Source: Octopus bimaculoides
Taxonomy: Eukaryota
NCBI RefSeq assembly: GCF_001194135.2
Contig: NC_068987.1
Coordinates: forward strand, 63,378,092-63,439,344
Reading direction: 5' to 3'
DNA length: 61,253 nt
The translations under genes and the position numbers were made by a program. Within the stretch, counting starts at the first letter, position 1, and every line of letters begins with the position of its first letter. The notes beneath the pieces are model-generated. The model was not told where the DNA came from and made no database searches. It worked only from the letters and a program-made list of their open reading frames with translations. Of the stretch, positions 1 to 11,915 are shown piece after piece.

Positions 1-62
1 AAACTTTTGAAATTATGATCATGAATTAGACGACAATTTATTCACCGCACCTTGTGTGTGTG

Positions 63-138
<76 letters not shown>

Positions 139-589
139 CACACATGTATACATACTTGTGTACACATGTGCAATGTCTGTGCAAGCCATTTGTATAGTTG
201 TGAAATGATCTGATAAGACTAAACAATTGCATTTCAATGGAACGTCTGCCCCGTAATATAAGTTTTATCTGTGTCACTATGTCAACACGTCTTGGCGAGT
301 ACGCTGATCCTGAAGGCTTATAAGCTGCTGTTCTTGAAGCTATATGGAAGTGCATAAACATGTGTGCATTTATGTGAGGATATGAAAATAAATATATTAA
401 TGTATACACACACACACACAGACACATACACACACATACACACACACACACACTCTCCCTCTCTCTCACTCATAGTATCGATTAAATATAGTTCTAATCA
501 AATAGATGCATCAACATAATTGCTCCTTCATCCACAAGTTCCTTGTTTGTGCCTAAATTAGAAATGGTTACTAATATCTTTAGGGGCTG

Positions 590-1745
590 GGAGAAGGCGG
601 CAAGTTGGCAGAATCCTTACCACGCGGTCTTTATGTGCTGAGAGTTCAAATGTCACGGAGGTCGACTTTTCCCTTCATCCTTTCAGAATCGATAAAATAA
701 GTACCAGTTGAGCACTGGGGTCTATGTAATTGACTTACCCTCTACCCCAATGTTTCTGGACTTGTGCAAGAATTTGAAACCAATATTTTTAAGGGTGTGT
801 GTGTGTGTGTGTGTGGATGGATTAAAAACGGTAATGTGCAGTATTTAGCTATGTTTCTATTTGTCGTCTGTTCTAACTCCGACGCCATCGACTTTGGCAC
901 TCATCCTACTATGGTTGATCGCATAAAAAGTATCCATCAAGTACCTGAGGGGCATACAACCGATAATAACCCATTTCTAAAATATGAAACAGCGTTCTTA
1001 TGTTTGAAATCATTTAAAATTTTGTTGCAAAACCGGTGAGTTGGCAGAACTGTTATCACCCCACACAACATTTTGAGCGGGGTCGGTAGAATCGGTTAGC
1101 CCCTCCCACCCCAAAATTCCGGGGCTTGTACCTATAGAAAAAAGGATTATTACTATCATCGAGATGGCGGCGAGCTGGCAGAATCGTTAGCACGCCGGAC
1201 GAAATTTTTAGCGGCATTTCGCCCGTCGCTACATTCTGAATTCAAATTCCGCTGAGGTCGATTTTGCCTTTCAGGGTGGATAAATTAAGTGCCAGTGAAA
1301 CACTGGGTTCGATGTAATCGACTAGTCCCCTCCCTTCAAATTTCAGGCCTTGTGCCTACATTAGAAAATATTATTAGTACGCCGAGCAAAACGCTTAGCG
1401 GAATTTCTTCCAGTCTTACGTTCTGAGTTCAAATGCAGTCAAGGTCGACTTTGTCTCTCCTTTTCCTCCTTTCGGGGTCGATAAAATAAATATCAGTTGA
1501 GCACTCTCAAATTTCAGACCTTGTGCTAAAATTAGACAGAATTAAGGCGACGAACTGGCAGAATCGTTAGCATACCGGACAAAATTCTTAACGGCATTTC
1601 GTCCATCATTACGTTCGGAATTCAAATTCCACCGAGGTCGTCCTTGCCTTTCATCCTTTCAGGGTGGATGAAATAAGTACCGGTTGAGTACAGATGTAAT
1701 CGACTAGCCCCCTTCCTGTCAAAATTCCAGGCCTTGTGCTTCAAG
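590..1745 (+). mobile_element. Head-to-tail cluster of 5-6 tRNA-derived SINEs with Meta/MESC-like core (about 590-780, 860-940 decayed, 1033-1155 internally deleted, 1165-1375, 1376-1540, 1545-1745)
   Basis: Repeated head GGCGGCGAGCTGGCAGAATCGTTAGCA, B-box-like GAGTTCAAATTCC, core GTCGACTTTGCCTTTCATCCTTTCGGGGTCGATAAAATAAGTACCAG and tail CCTTGTGCC. Core name recalled, not searched. Confidence 0.85.
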
Positions 1746-2295
1746 TATTGTTACTGTTGTTGTTACTGCTGCTGTTATTTAATTTTGTTTTCTCTCTATT
1801 TTATCAATGATCTATCATTGTTTCAAGTTACTTGGTTCTCACCAAAACCCGCTGTAAATTGTTTCTCAAGTGTCAAATGAGAGAGAGAGTAACCGTGGGA
1901 TTGGCTATATTCCTAGTTTACGTATGATTTAGCAAGACATGATTTAGTAGACTGTTGAATCTGAAGCACCCATGGGAGTCTGTCATACCTACATGATTCA
2001 CTATTCCAAGGACTCCCATTATAATTTGTATTTTTGTTTTATTATTATTTGGGCTTCCATTCATACATTCTCGATATTTACAATTATATGTTTTAGATTG
2101 CAATTTCTGTTTCTAGTTTTTGTCTTTGACTTTTTTTTTCTTTTTGGTGAAATTTCTGTCTGATACTACAAAAACATCTAGAACAGTAGAATTTGATTAC
2201 ATTGCCCTATCGCCGATGGTCATGTATTGTTTGTTTGAACTTTAATTTGTTCTACAGGATTCTTGGTGTGAAATCGTGTATTTTGGGAGGGTTTC

Positions 2296-2590
2296 TGTTT
2301 CACTTCTGTATTATTACCAATCAATTAGATAATTAAACAATTGGTAAACTGGTTAATGGATTAGTCTAGCAAAGGCCTTTCGTCACAGTCTGTGACTTTA
2401 TCAAAAAGATTATTTGCACGTCAAGAATCTCTTTATCCTCAGCATTTATTACATGTATACTGTTCATTTCACAGAGACACATAATCATTGATAAGGTTAC
2501 AAACTGTGACAAACGGTCTTTGACCTACTAATTGATTAACCAATAGAAATTGATTAACTCATTGATTGGTAATAAAACTGAAGTAAAACA
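2296..2590. mobile_element. Degenerate palindromic MITE-like element with arms of about 100-110 bp
   Basis: Left arm TTATTACCAATCAATTAG...CGTCACAGTCTGTGACTTTATCAA (to 2404) matches the reverse complement of TTGATAAGGTTACAAACTGTGACAA...ATTGATTGGTAATAA (2488-2575); roughly 75% identity by eye. Confidence 0.65.
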
Positions 2591-3699
2591 ATAATCAGCG
2601 TGCGTGTTTTTATAGGCAGTATGACCCACACAGAATACAGCTATAATGTCACGTTTATTATCCACAATATTTTCTCAGTACAGATAATTTTCTTTCTAAG
2701 GATGGTACAAAGCTATCAAGGTGACAAATTAACAGAGTCGTTAAAGCGTGGTATAGAAACGCCCGGGGCATTGGTTCAGAATCGCTACGTTCCGCTTGGG
2801 CGGAAGATTGATGGAACTGTTAAAGTGTCGTACAAGATGACTTGTGATATACATTCCGGTACACTGTATTCTGATGGCAAAGCCAGCGACAATACTGGCG
2901 CCAAGCTGTGTCGGGCTTGCTTTTCCTTTGGACATCGTCGGTGGCATGGAGAGCGAAAACTTGCATGTATGGGAAGCTTCTGATATTACACAATAGAAAA
3001 TTTTGCATAGGCCTTGCACTTTGGAGAGGAACTTTGCAGATACAGAAAGTCATGCGCCATCCTTGACTGAGGGAGTCCTAAATACAGAGACTTTGGTTTT
3101 ATATGGTTCTGGAATATAATATATTTTACAGTAATTATGCATCTGCTCATTTGGCTGACTTATGAATAATTTTATCAAACTATTCACATTATTTCCATTT
3201 CCTGTGTTCTCTTTTTCTTCTGAATCACAGAAATCCCCCAAGAACCAGTATTTAGCCTGGAATTCATACTATAAATAAGATGGCGATATAAATCTCCCCG
3301 ATTGTAAAGCGTATCTACCGCTAGTAATGTTTGCAAGTAATCCGATACCATTTCTAGATAGCTGAAGTATTGTGGGATAATGTATTCTTCCAACAAGCAA
3401 AGCAGAGTACTGGCAAACATATGTTAATTCGAGTCATTTGCATAGCTAGTCAAAAACTTCATGCATTTGACTGCATTTCAATCTTATATTGTATGAACTT
3501 GGGATACCAATTATTTTTGATACATGTTATTATTCTTTGTCATATGGATGGAGTCCCAGGTAAACCCTGAGTAAAGTAGATCTATCCAGAAAGATATATT
3601 GTTGTGACTATCCAGTGTTTTGTATATTTAGGAGTGAATAAAGAAAACAAGTGATTATGACTTGGTATTCTATGCCATGATTTCGTTAACTGTCTCAGG

Positions 3700-3955
3700 T
3701 GTCGCTGTAGTCGCAAAGAGACAGACAGCATTTTCCCCGTCTCACTTTTAGCCTAGCGGAACATCAAGGATGTGGTAGCCGGAGGGAAGAAAAAAGGGTT
3801 GCATCAACACTTGCGTGGTACACCTTTACAGCTGAGTAGACTGTAAGAACGTCAAATGAAATGCCTTGTTCAAAGATACAACATACTTCCACGAAGAACA
3901 ATCGATCCCAAGACCTTGTGATCGTGAGCCCAACACTTTAACCACGAAGCCATCC
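3700..3955 (-). mobile_element. tRNA-derived SINE, decayed
   Basis: Minus strand starts ATGGCTTCGTGGTTAAAGTGTTGGGCTCACGATCACAAGGTCTTGGGATCGAT, followed by TCTTTGAACAAGGCATTTCA and AGTCTACTCAGCTGTAAA, shared with the SINEs at 32570-32915 and 35305-35637. Confidence 0.65.
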
Positions 3956-4299
3956 AAAATGACGAAAATTTAGCTGCTGTTTCTGACGAAAATTTAGCTG
4001 CTATTTCTGGCAAGTCGAATGACTACGTAGAGACGTCCTCATTTGAATTATAGAAGTCTTGTAATTGACTGGTATGCCACCAGGAATCTTTGACTGTCAA
4101 ATATGAAGTTTCTTAAGTTTTAAACTTTCTTGTTTACTATTCTCCGAAACTGTAGTGTAACGAACAAGATTACTAAAGTCCCCTTAACTGCAATTTCAAA
4201 GCTAACCCAATAACATGTTCATATTCAGAATGGCGCCACTTGAAGATGATACAAGCTAACAGGCACAGAACGATGAAACGTAAAAATAGGGACTGGCAT

Positions 4300-4445
4300 G
4301 ACTGTAGGTAAGAAGTTCATTTCCTAACAACGTGTTTTCGGGTTCTATCCTACTGGGCGGTATCTTGAGCAAGTAATTGTTTTCTTTCCTGGTCAATGAA
4401 AGCGTTGAATGTGAAGGTTAGTAGACGCAGGCTGTGCGGAAGCCC
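4300..4445 (+). mobile_element. CORE-like SINE head
   Basis: GGGTTCTATCCTACTGGGCGGTATCTTGAGCAAGT...TAGACGCAGGCTGTGCGGAAGCCCGTC matches the family at 27290, 28566 and 42830. Confidence 0.6.
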
Positions 4446-4999
4446 GTCAGAGGGGAAGAGCCTGTTGTTGAGTAGTAGACTTCATCCCTCTCCCACCACT
4501 GGTTCTTGGGTGCCTTTAGTAAAGTACACTCTGTTGCAAATATTCAGGTTTGGTTTCCGGTCTTAGAACAAGTTATTCCTGTAGTCATTGAAACTCCAAA
4601 AAGGGTCCATGACACAGTTCTTTCCTCACTAAGACAGGAAAAAAAAAAGAAGAAAAAACCTAGTCGAAACAGTATGAGACATTAATGAATACAAGAGGTG
4701 TTCATTAGTAGACTAATGATAATAAAATATATTGTACTATATACATGATAAATTATTTTATCTGTTACATATAAAAGCTCACCTATGTAATAAATCAGCT
4801 GATGTGTTGTAAAATCTTTTGAATATACATTTACCTTTTTAACAAATATACAAGAATTAATAAACTAATTTATGATTGATCAGAATACGTTTGTATATTT
4901 TTAAGTGAAACAGAGAACACACAAGGAGAAAGCAAAACTGATTATGGCTACATCTTTCCTCCGGATTTTTCATTTACGGTCGTCTGGCGAGTGTGAAAA

Positions 5000-5049
5000 A
5001 TGGAACAGAACATATTTTCGTGTTCGCTGATAAATGTTGACTCATATCG
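5000..5049 (+). CDS. Candidate first coding exon (MEQNIFSCSLINVDSY plus 2 nt), unidentified
   Basis: AAAAATGG start context, 16 open codons, donor CG|GTAAGG at 5049/5050, in a locally CpG-richer non-repeat stretch. No homology recognised. Confidence 0.25.
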
Positions 5050-5264
5050 GTAAGGAAAACGTTGGTCTACAAATTTCTTTTGAGAAATTTTTTCTAATCG
5101 AGTTCCGAACACTCCTTCGCTACTCTCGCACGTTTGCAAGTTTCTGATCGGCGTCTATTGTTTTTAAATTGCATTTAAAATAAAATAATGTAAATATAAT
5201 ATCCTCTTCACTGATTTACCTCTACATAGCGTAATAACATAACTTAGTACTAAAATGTAGTGCT

Positions 5265-5420
5265 GTGTTGCTGTTGTTTAGCTTCCCTTTAACACTGAAT
5301 GACGGAATGCACTCCGGCTATCATCGTTCCAGTATATGTAAGACTATGTTACGCAACATATTCTTCCATTTTCTTGGGAAAATTTGGCTGCACTTTCTAG
5401 CAGAGTGAGTTATCACAGAG
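5265..5420 (+). repeat. Unclassified interspersed repeat (GTTGTTGTTTAGC...GGCTGCTATTTCTAGC family)
   Basis: Same blocks recur at about 3960-4040, 15385-15600 (minus), 16010-16260, 18570-18750, 36440-36540, 49470-49790 and 50365-50440. Confidence 0.6.
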
Positions 5421-5689
5421 TGGAATCCTGTTGGTTCGTAGTATAGTATAATATTATACTAGAAACTCGTGGATATTCCATAGTGTAAGTCAACATATTT
5501 GAAAATATTGTTATTATATGAAACACAAACAAGTTATTTCAGATAGTACTTTTGAAATCCTGCCACTTGATCAAAACTGTACTTTTGAATGTAACATTTT
5601 ATTTCAGTTTAGCTATCGATTTGTGTATCTGTTAATTTGTCTGTCTGTCTCTCTCTGCATACCTATTGATATATCCGCAGCCTAACCTC

Positions 5690-5760
5690 CTACCTACCTA
5701 CCTACCTACCTACCTACCTACCTACCTACCTGCCTACCTACCTGACTGTCTGTCTGTCTA
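5690..5760. repeat. (CCTA)n tetranucleotide microsatellite grading into (CTGT)n
   Basis: Directly visible. Confidence 0.9.
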
Positions 5761-6799
5761 TTGTTTGTATGTCGGTCTGTTTGGCTGTATGTTTGTTGGT
5801 TTTGTCTGTTTGCTTGTCTGTCCGTCTGTCTCTCTAATTAAGTATCAAATCTACTTTCCCTTCTGCCGATGTATGTATATATCTACTCTTATAGTACCGA
5901 TAAGTATTTAAACCTAATTAAAACACAAAAATGAATAATGGTGGTGCCCCAGCATGGCCTCCACCTTTGGTCTGAAACATGTAAAAGATAAAAGTGTAAC
6001 ACTCAACCATTTGCTATCCAAGCGTATTTCACTTTAATTTCCTAGCCATCGATATATCTTTTGATGCATATATTTATAGATCATGACATTGTTTCATTAT
6101 GTTATACATTTCAACCGTGCCTGCGATTTGAACGCACAGATGTAGACCTTATGCCGCTTACTCTCTTTCATGTTTTCCTTTCCTATTTTAATCGCTATTT
6201 AAATAGTGATTCCACTATTTCCGTTTCTCTCTTAGTCTCACCTCCGCTCCCCTTGTCTCCCCTTCTCACTCACTCTAGATATCTTTCTCTCTTCGAGTTA
6301 TTACCCTCTTTGACGTAATAAACGATCAAAACAGCCAGACAACAGGAAAAAGCAGAATGATGTAGAAAATATAGAAAGCTAATTTAATGGTGGGCAAGGG
6401 GAGAATACCTAGGGGCACCAGCTGCTTTAAAAGCTTAATAGTAAAGTAGGTGCGAATATACATGATGTAGTAAGCCCTGATATAATTAAAATCAAATTCT
6501 TAGTGATGAGAAAGAAAAAAAGAGAAAAGAAAAACAAGATTATAATGAAATTTTAGCTTCAATTAATTTTAGTTAATTAACATTAATTAAACATGTTATG
6601 CTATGCTGAGTAAGACTCATCTTTAGCATTATGGCGACGACTTTAATCACGTTTCTATCTTATTAAATCTTTCCAGTGAATCGTAGTATAAGCGTTATTC
6701 TTCGAGAAGTAACATATTTGTGAATGAACACAGTACTACAAATTTCCTGAATGAACAGGAAAAATAACTAGGATAACTGCTGCATAAAAATAATCGGGA

Positions 6800-7250
6800 A
6801 GTGTAGCGTAACATAGTCAGGATGTATAACGAGTGTAACATAGTATAATGCTGTGTAGTGTTGTTGAGTGATATATTATGTAGTATTATAGTGTAGGGTA
6901 GTGTACTATAATATTATGTTGTTTAGTCTAATATAGTATAAGTTAGTGTGGTATATTGCAGTGTAGTGTACTCTAACGTATTATAATATAGTATAGTGTA
7001 GTCTAATATAGCATAGTGTAATGTAGTATATTGTAATATAGAAAACTAAAGTATAGTGCAGTGTAGTATATAATATAGAATAATATATTGTAGTGTACTC
7101 TAATATAGTATATTATATATTGTAGTATTGTCTAATTCAGTATAGAGTAGTGCAATATATTGTAGTGAAGTGTAATACGGTATAGTAACGTGCATATTGT
7201 GATACGTAGTGTAATATAATGTACAATAGTACATGGAGCGGTTCCAGTAT
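6800..7250. repeat. Degenerate pentamer array (TAGTG/TAGTA/TAATA)n
   Basis: 5-bp periodicity visible; similar block at about 18890-19100. Confidence 0.75.
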
Positions 7251-7599
7251 TTTCGTATCAGTTGCGCTGTGATTTGTTTATTTCGTAGTATTTTTACGGT
7301 TTCTTTCTGTTTATTTTTATTTACTGCTGTTTTCGTTGTTAATGATGTCAACATTGTTGTTGTATTAGTGTTTACTATCTTCGTGGCTTCTTATTGACTA
7401 AAGCTTTAGACAACAATGGCGTCTACAACTCTAGTTAAAGTGCATCGAGTGGAACAATTTAAGTTCAAGGTTTTTACAGGTCCCATAGGCCAGTTAGTTG
7501 TTTTTTTCGTTTTTTTGATGAATTTTTTTTCTTTTCTTTCTTTAAAGGATTTTTTATGGGAATTCATAGCAGAAGTGAAGCTATTAACAACAGCTACGA

Positions 7600-8180
7600 G
7601 ACCAATGACGACATTAATAACAAGGGCGAAGAAAAGCATGACGACAATGGCAAGGACAATAACAAACAACAATGTCAATAACACCATCATCGTCGTCATC
7701 CTCATCCTCATCATCCTCATCCTCATCCTCATCATCATCATCGTGATCATCATCATTAATATCATCGAGAAAAGTGACAGAAAACAAAAACAAAACAAAA
7801 GAATTGGAGAAGCAGATAATAATAGTTTGTTTGATTAGAAAACTAGGACGAATAGTGTAAGAATGGGTGAATTTATATGGAATAGACTGAATCGATACCA
7901 GTATATTGGTTGGTAGATTATTATCGATTATGGAAATCTGAGAGAAAAATAGAGAAAGTGAGAAGTAGAAAGCGGGAAAGAGAAGGAGGAGGAGAAAGGG
8001 AGATAGTGGAGAAAGATAGCGAGAGAGAGAGTGAAAAAAGTGAGAGGCGAGAAGAGACGGAGTGAGCAAGGGGAAGGGATAGAGGAGAGAGAGAGAGAGG
8101 GATAGAGGGAAGGGAAGAGGAAGGCAGAGAGAGAGGAAGAGAAAGTGGGAGAAACACGGTGAGAAAGAAAGAGGGGGAGA
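7600..8180. repeat. Degenerate triplet (AAC/CAT)n block followed by GA-rich low-complexity tract
   Basis: Directly visible; explains the I/M-rich and L/S-rich ORFs here. Confidence 0.85.
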
Positions 8181-8239
8181 AAGAGGGAACTGCTTGTGTC
8201 TGGTGCTCTCCCGGTGTTAGTATGTTACTGTCATAATAT

Positions 8240-8375
8240 GCCACCGAGCTTGACCTCACCTTTTTTTCCTTTTGGGGTCGATAAAATAAGTACCAGTTGA
8301 GTACTGGGGGTCGATCAAACCGACTTACCCTTCCTTCGAACTTACTGACCTTGAGCCAAAATTTGAAACCATTAT
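8240..8375 (+). mobile_element. Meta/MESC-like SINE, 3' part
   Basis: TTTTGGGGTCGATAAAATAAGTACCAGTTGAGTACTGGGGGTCGAT...AAAATTTGAAACCATTAT. Confidence 0.75.
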
Positions 8376-8546
8376 ATGTATAATCGTATTGATTTCTAGG
8401 AACAGCAGTCAAAACTCCCTTAAATTATACACGATCGTCTTAAAGAGAGATAAATTACAAAGGAATCCTACATGTTTCTAGAAAACAAAACCTCCCAAAA
8501 GACGGAAGTGTCACATGTGGAATGACTTTGATCCTACATCGATTGA

Positions 8547-8742
8547 CCCTCTAGCGTTTAAACCGGCCATATCAGGTCCAAATGATTCTACCTGTTTTAT
8601 GTTCAAACTGGCCAGACACTGCCTCCTCTCACAACATCTATCCTGCAATGTCATGCTAAAAATAAGCGATCACATCATAAAAGTCTGAATGCTGTAAGAA
8701 TCATTCATTCAAAGCATTGCATTTAATTTGAATGCTAAAGGG
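8547..8742. mobile_element. piggyBac-type MITE, 196 bp
   Basis: Termini CCCTCTAGCGTTTAAA and TTTGAATGCTAAAGGG are imperfect inverted repeats flanked by TTGA (8543-46) and TTAA (8743-46). Confidence 0.7.
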
Positions 8743-8799
8743 TTAAACTAGGACTGACTTTGAATGAAGCAACAGCAATAACGCAATATTTATTTCTAA

Positions 8800-9545
8800 C
8801 TTTGGCACAAGGCCCCACAATTTAGGGGAAGGTAACGTTTGTACACAATGCTTAAATGGTACTTTATTTTATCAAACCAGGAATGATGAAAGGTAAAGCT
8901 GATCTTGGCAGGATTTGAACTTAAAGAATAAAGGGCCGTAACGAAATACTGCTTTACCAATCTCTCGCATCTATTTCTTATTTCTGTATACGATCAATAC
9001 TTTATAACTGAGGTGGAAAAGACGGGGTGGTGTACATTCGTTTTATAGCTTAAAATAGGAATCAAAATGCTCCTAATCATTTTGCCCTGCATGCTAACGA
9101 TACTGCCAGTTAGCCATATTGTGCCCAAGACCAGCGAATTTAGGAGATGAGGATAATCGATTAGAGTCGTACTTTATTTTCTCGACCCTGAAAGGATGAA
9201 AGGCATAGTTGAATGCGGCGGGTTTCGAATCGAGACCAAAAATTTTAAAACAATAATTTGATTGCCCCGTTAATTCCAACCTACACATGCTAAAATTTGG
9301 ATTGTCTTTTATTTTCTTTTACTTATCGGGTTTCGGAAGAAATTATACAAACATTTTTTTTCCGGCGCTCCACCGGTTCTGTCAATCAAACACTGAATGT
9401 TTCTAATTTAAGCATTTGGGCAGAAATTTTAAGGGAAAAGAGTTGTCAGTTATATCGACCCTACTACTTGTCAAGTACTTTATTTTATCGAAAACGGAGG
9501 AATGAAAAGCAAAGATTAACGAGCAGGAGTTGAACTCAAAATGTA
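8800..9545 (-). mobile_element. Three decayed Meta/MESC-like SINE copies (about 8800-8960, 9115-9265, 9410-9545)
   Basis: Each has GTACTTTATTTT...CGAC...GGA(A)TGAAAG...GAACT, the reverse complement of the SINE core and B box. Confidence 0.7.
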
Positions 9546-9554
9546 CAATTGCAA

Positions 9555-9740
9555 CATCTGCAGGTACTGTTCTTTCTTCTCCGCTCTGCATTAACTCTGG
9601 TGTTTCTCAAGGTTTTGATCAGTTTTGTCCCTACCACATTTTCCTTTCTATATGTCAATGACATATTTGCTGTCACATCCAACAACGCCCTGTCATGTAC
9701 ATATGGCCATGACCTTTCATTCTTCCTCAATACTCCCTGA
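9555..9740 (+). pseudogene. CR1/L2-group reverse transcriptase scrap (domains 4-5)
   Basis: Reads SSPLCINSGVSQG, then after a frameshift VPTTFSFLYVNDIFAVTSNNALSCTYGHDL, resembling GVPQGSVLSPTLFLLYINDL...YADD. Confidence 0.6.
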
Positions 9741-10009
9741 TGTCGGCCCCTTGTGGGTAATAAAAAAAAAATCTCAATGCTCCCTGATCAAGCATCATTC
9801 GCACCTAACCCAGACACCACACGCCAAACCTACATTGATTTCAGAAAGAGAAAAAAAAAACCTTTGCGAACACCGCTAGTCTAGCCTTAGAAAAAACAAC
9901 AGCAAAAGAACTCAAGCGTCATTTATACCAATAAAGTACCATTGTACTTTCACGAGGCCGCATCCTCATTGACTGGATCAATGGTTCTCAAATTGACAAA
10001 CTTGTTCTG

Positions 10010-10190
10010 GTCATTGAACTGCGGCCGTGTTGCAGCACCGACCTCAAGGGCTTTTAGTCGAACAAATCGACCTCATGACTTATATTTAAAGTCCGATACA
10101 TATTATAACGTTTTTCTTTGCCGAACCGCTAAGTCACGGGGACGTAAACACACCAACACCGGTTGTCAAGCGATGGTGGTAGACAAATAC

Positions 10191-10252
<62 letters not shown>

Positions 10253-10266
10253 NNNNNNNNNNNNNN

Positions 10267-10300
<34 letters not shown>

Positions 10301-10395
10301 AGATGGGCTTCTTTCAGTTTCCGTCTGCCAAATCCACTCGCTAAGCTCTGATCGGCTCAGGACTATAGTAAAAAAATACTTGCCCCAGAGAACTG
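10010..10395 (-). mobile_element. CORE-like SINE with internal (GA)n/(GT)n expansion and an N-gap
   Basis: Head/core at 10300-10395 and 3' half GCTTGACAACCGGTGTTGGTGTGTTTACGTCCCCG...GGCCGCAG at 10010-10185 enclose the microsatellite. Confidence 0.75.
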
Positions 10396-10619
10396 TTTTT
10401 TTTTTTTTATCCTTTCCTGCTAAAATAGGGCTCGCTTTCGTAGAATTCGTCAGTCTTTGATATGGAGTTGGCGAAGTTTAAAAAGCTTTAAAAAATATTT
10501 TAATTTTATTAAACGTAGCAATTTTTTTCGTCCCAATTTTAATCTCAAAGGCGGCCTTTGTAGAGAGGGAGGAATAGGGTGGGGTCTGACCCGGCGCTGT
10601 ATGAGAAACCCTGAACTAG

Positions 10620-10900
10620 ATGTTACAATTGTTTTTCCTTGCTGCTGCTGGTGCTGCTGCAGCTGTTGCTGGCGTTGCTGCTGCTGCTGCTGCTCTTTTT
10701 CCTGCCGCCGCTGACCTTTCTTTTGATAACTCAGTCATTTTCTTCGACTACCAAAACCACCACCACCACCACCACCACTACTGTAGACTGTTATCGTTGT
10801 TACTGCTTCTGGTGCAACTGCTGCTGCTACTGCTGCTGTTACTGCTGTTGCTCTAATTGTTGCTGGTGTTGTTCTTGTTGGTACTTTGTTACTACTACAA
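10620..10900. repeat. Mixed triplet microsatellite (GCT)n/(CAC)n/(GTT)n
   Basis: Directly visible. Confidence 0.85.
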
Positions 10901-11500
10901 TTGTCTCCGATTTACATTGTGTCAAGGTCACAAATACGTATAGTGGAATACATCAACAAACAAATAAACAGGGAAAATGGCAAGAAAAAAATAAAGGAAA
11001 ATAAAGAAAGAAAAATAAAGAATAAATAAATAAATTAAAATAAAGAAAGAAACATATACGAAGGTGAAACATATACGTAGATATGTTTACTGTAATACAT
11101 TTTGATCTTGAGTTACCGTCCTTGTTACAGCTACTTGTTGTTGCTGTAATTGTTGTCTATTGCATTTCTTTTATTTCGTTTAGGGACGAGGCATTTACGG
11201 AAAAACAAAATCGACATGATGAATCGTCTGGTCTCGCGATCAGTAAAAAATCTCCATGGGAATTTTAGAGAAGAAAAAAACCGAAAGACCTCTTAGCTTC
11301 GTCGAGTTCATTTGATGTTTGATAACATTCAGAACGGCGACTTAGAGCTACAGTAAATCATATATAGAGATGACAGTTTCTGCCTCACTTCGTTTCCAGT
11401 TTATTTGCTAAATAGAAGTTGACTTGGTTTTGCAATTTATTTCCATAAACACAGCAAATACTGATAGGAATATTCACACATGCACGCGTACCCGCGTTAC

Positions 11501-11531
<31 letters not shown>

Positions 11532-11915
11532 TGTATGTATGTATGCATGCATGTATGTATGTATGCATGCATACATGTATATGTATACACCTACCCACAT
11601 ATATATATATATATACACATATATACATAAATATATATATGTAAGTATATACTCATATATATATATATATATATANNNNNNNNNNNNNNNNNNNNNNNNN
11701 NNNNNNNNNNNNNNNNNNNNNNNNNNNNNNNNNNNNNNNNNNNNNNNNNNNNNNNNNNNNNNNNNNNNNNNNNNNNNNNNNNNNNNNNNNNNNNNNNNNN
11801 NNNNNNNNNNNNNNNNNNNNNNNNNNNNNNNNNNNNNNNNNNNNNNNNNNNNNNNNNNNNNNNNNNNNNNNNNNNNNNNATATATATATATATATATATA
11901 GGCATATATATACAT

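Noticed and set aside
2820-2983. Resemblance of VSYKMTCD...CRACFSFGH...GERK to a Delta/Serrate DSL domain
   Set aside because: Most conserved cysteines and the YYG motif are missing and spacing is wrong; likely chance.
2820-3480. GPCR-like phrases in one minus frame (IAILFIV.IPG.ILVL, FCICKVP, NFLLCNI)
   Set aside because: That frame has the most stops and helix spacing does not fit; unsupported without a profile search.
7416-7838. 140-aa ORF with hydrophobic stretches
   Set aside because: Built from T-runs and degenerate triplet repeats.
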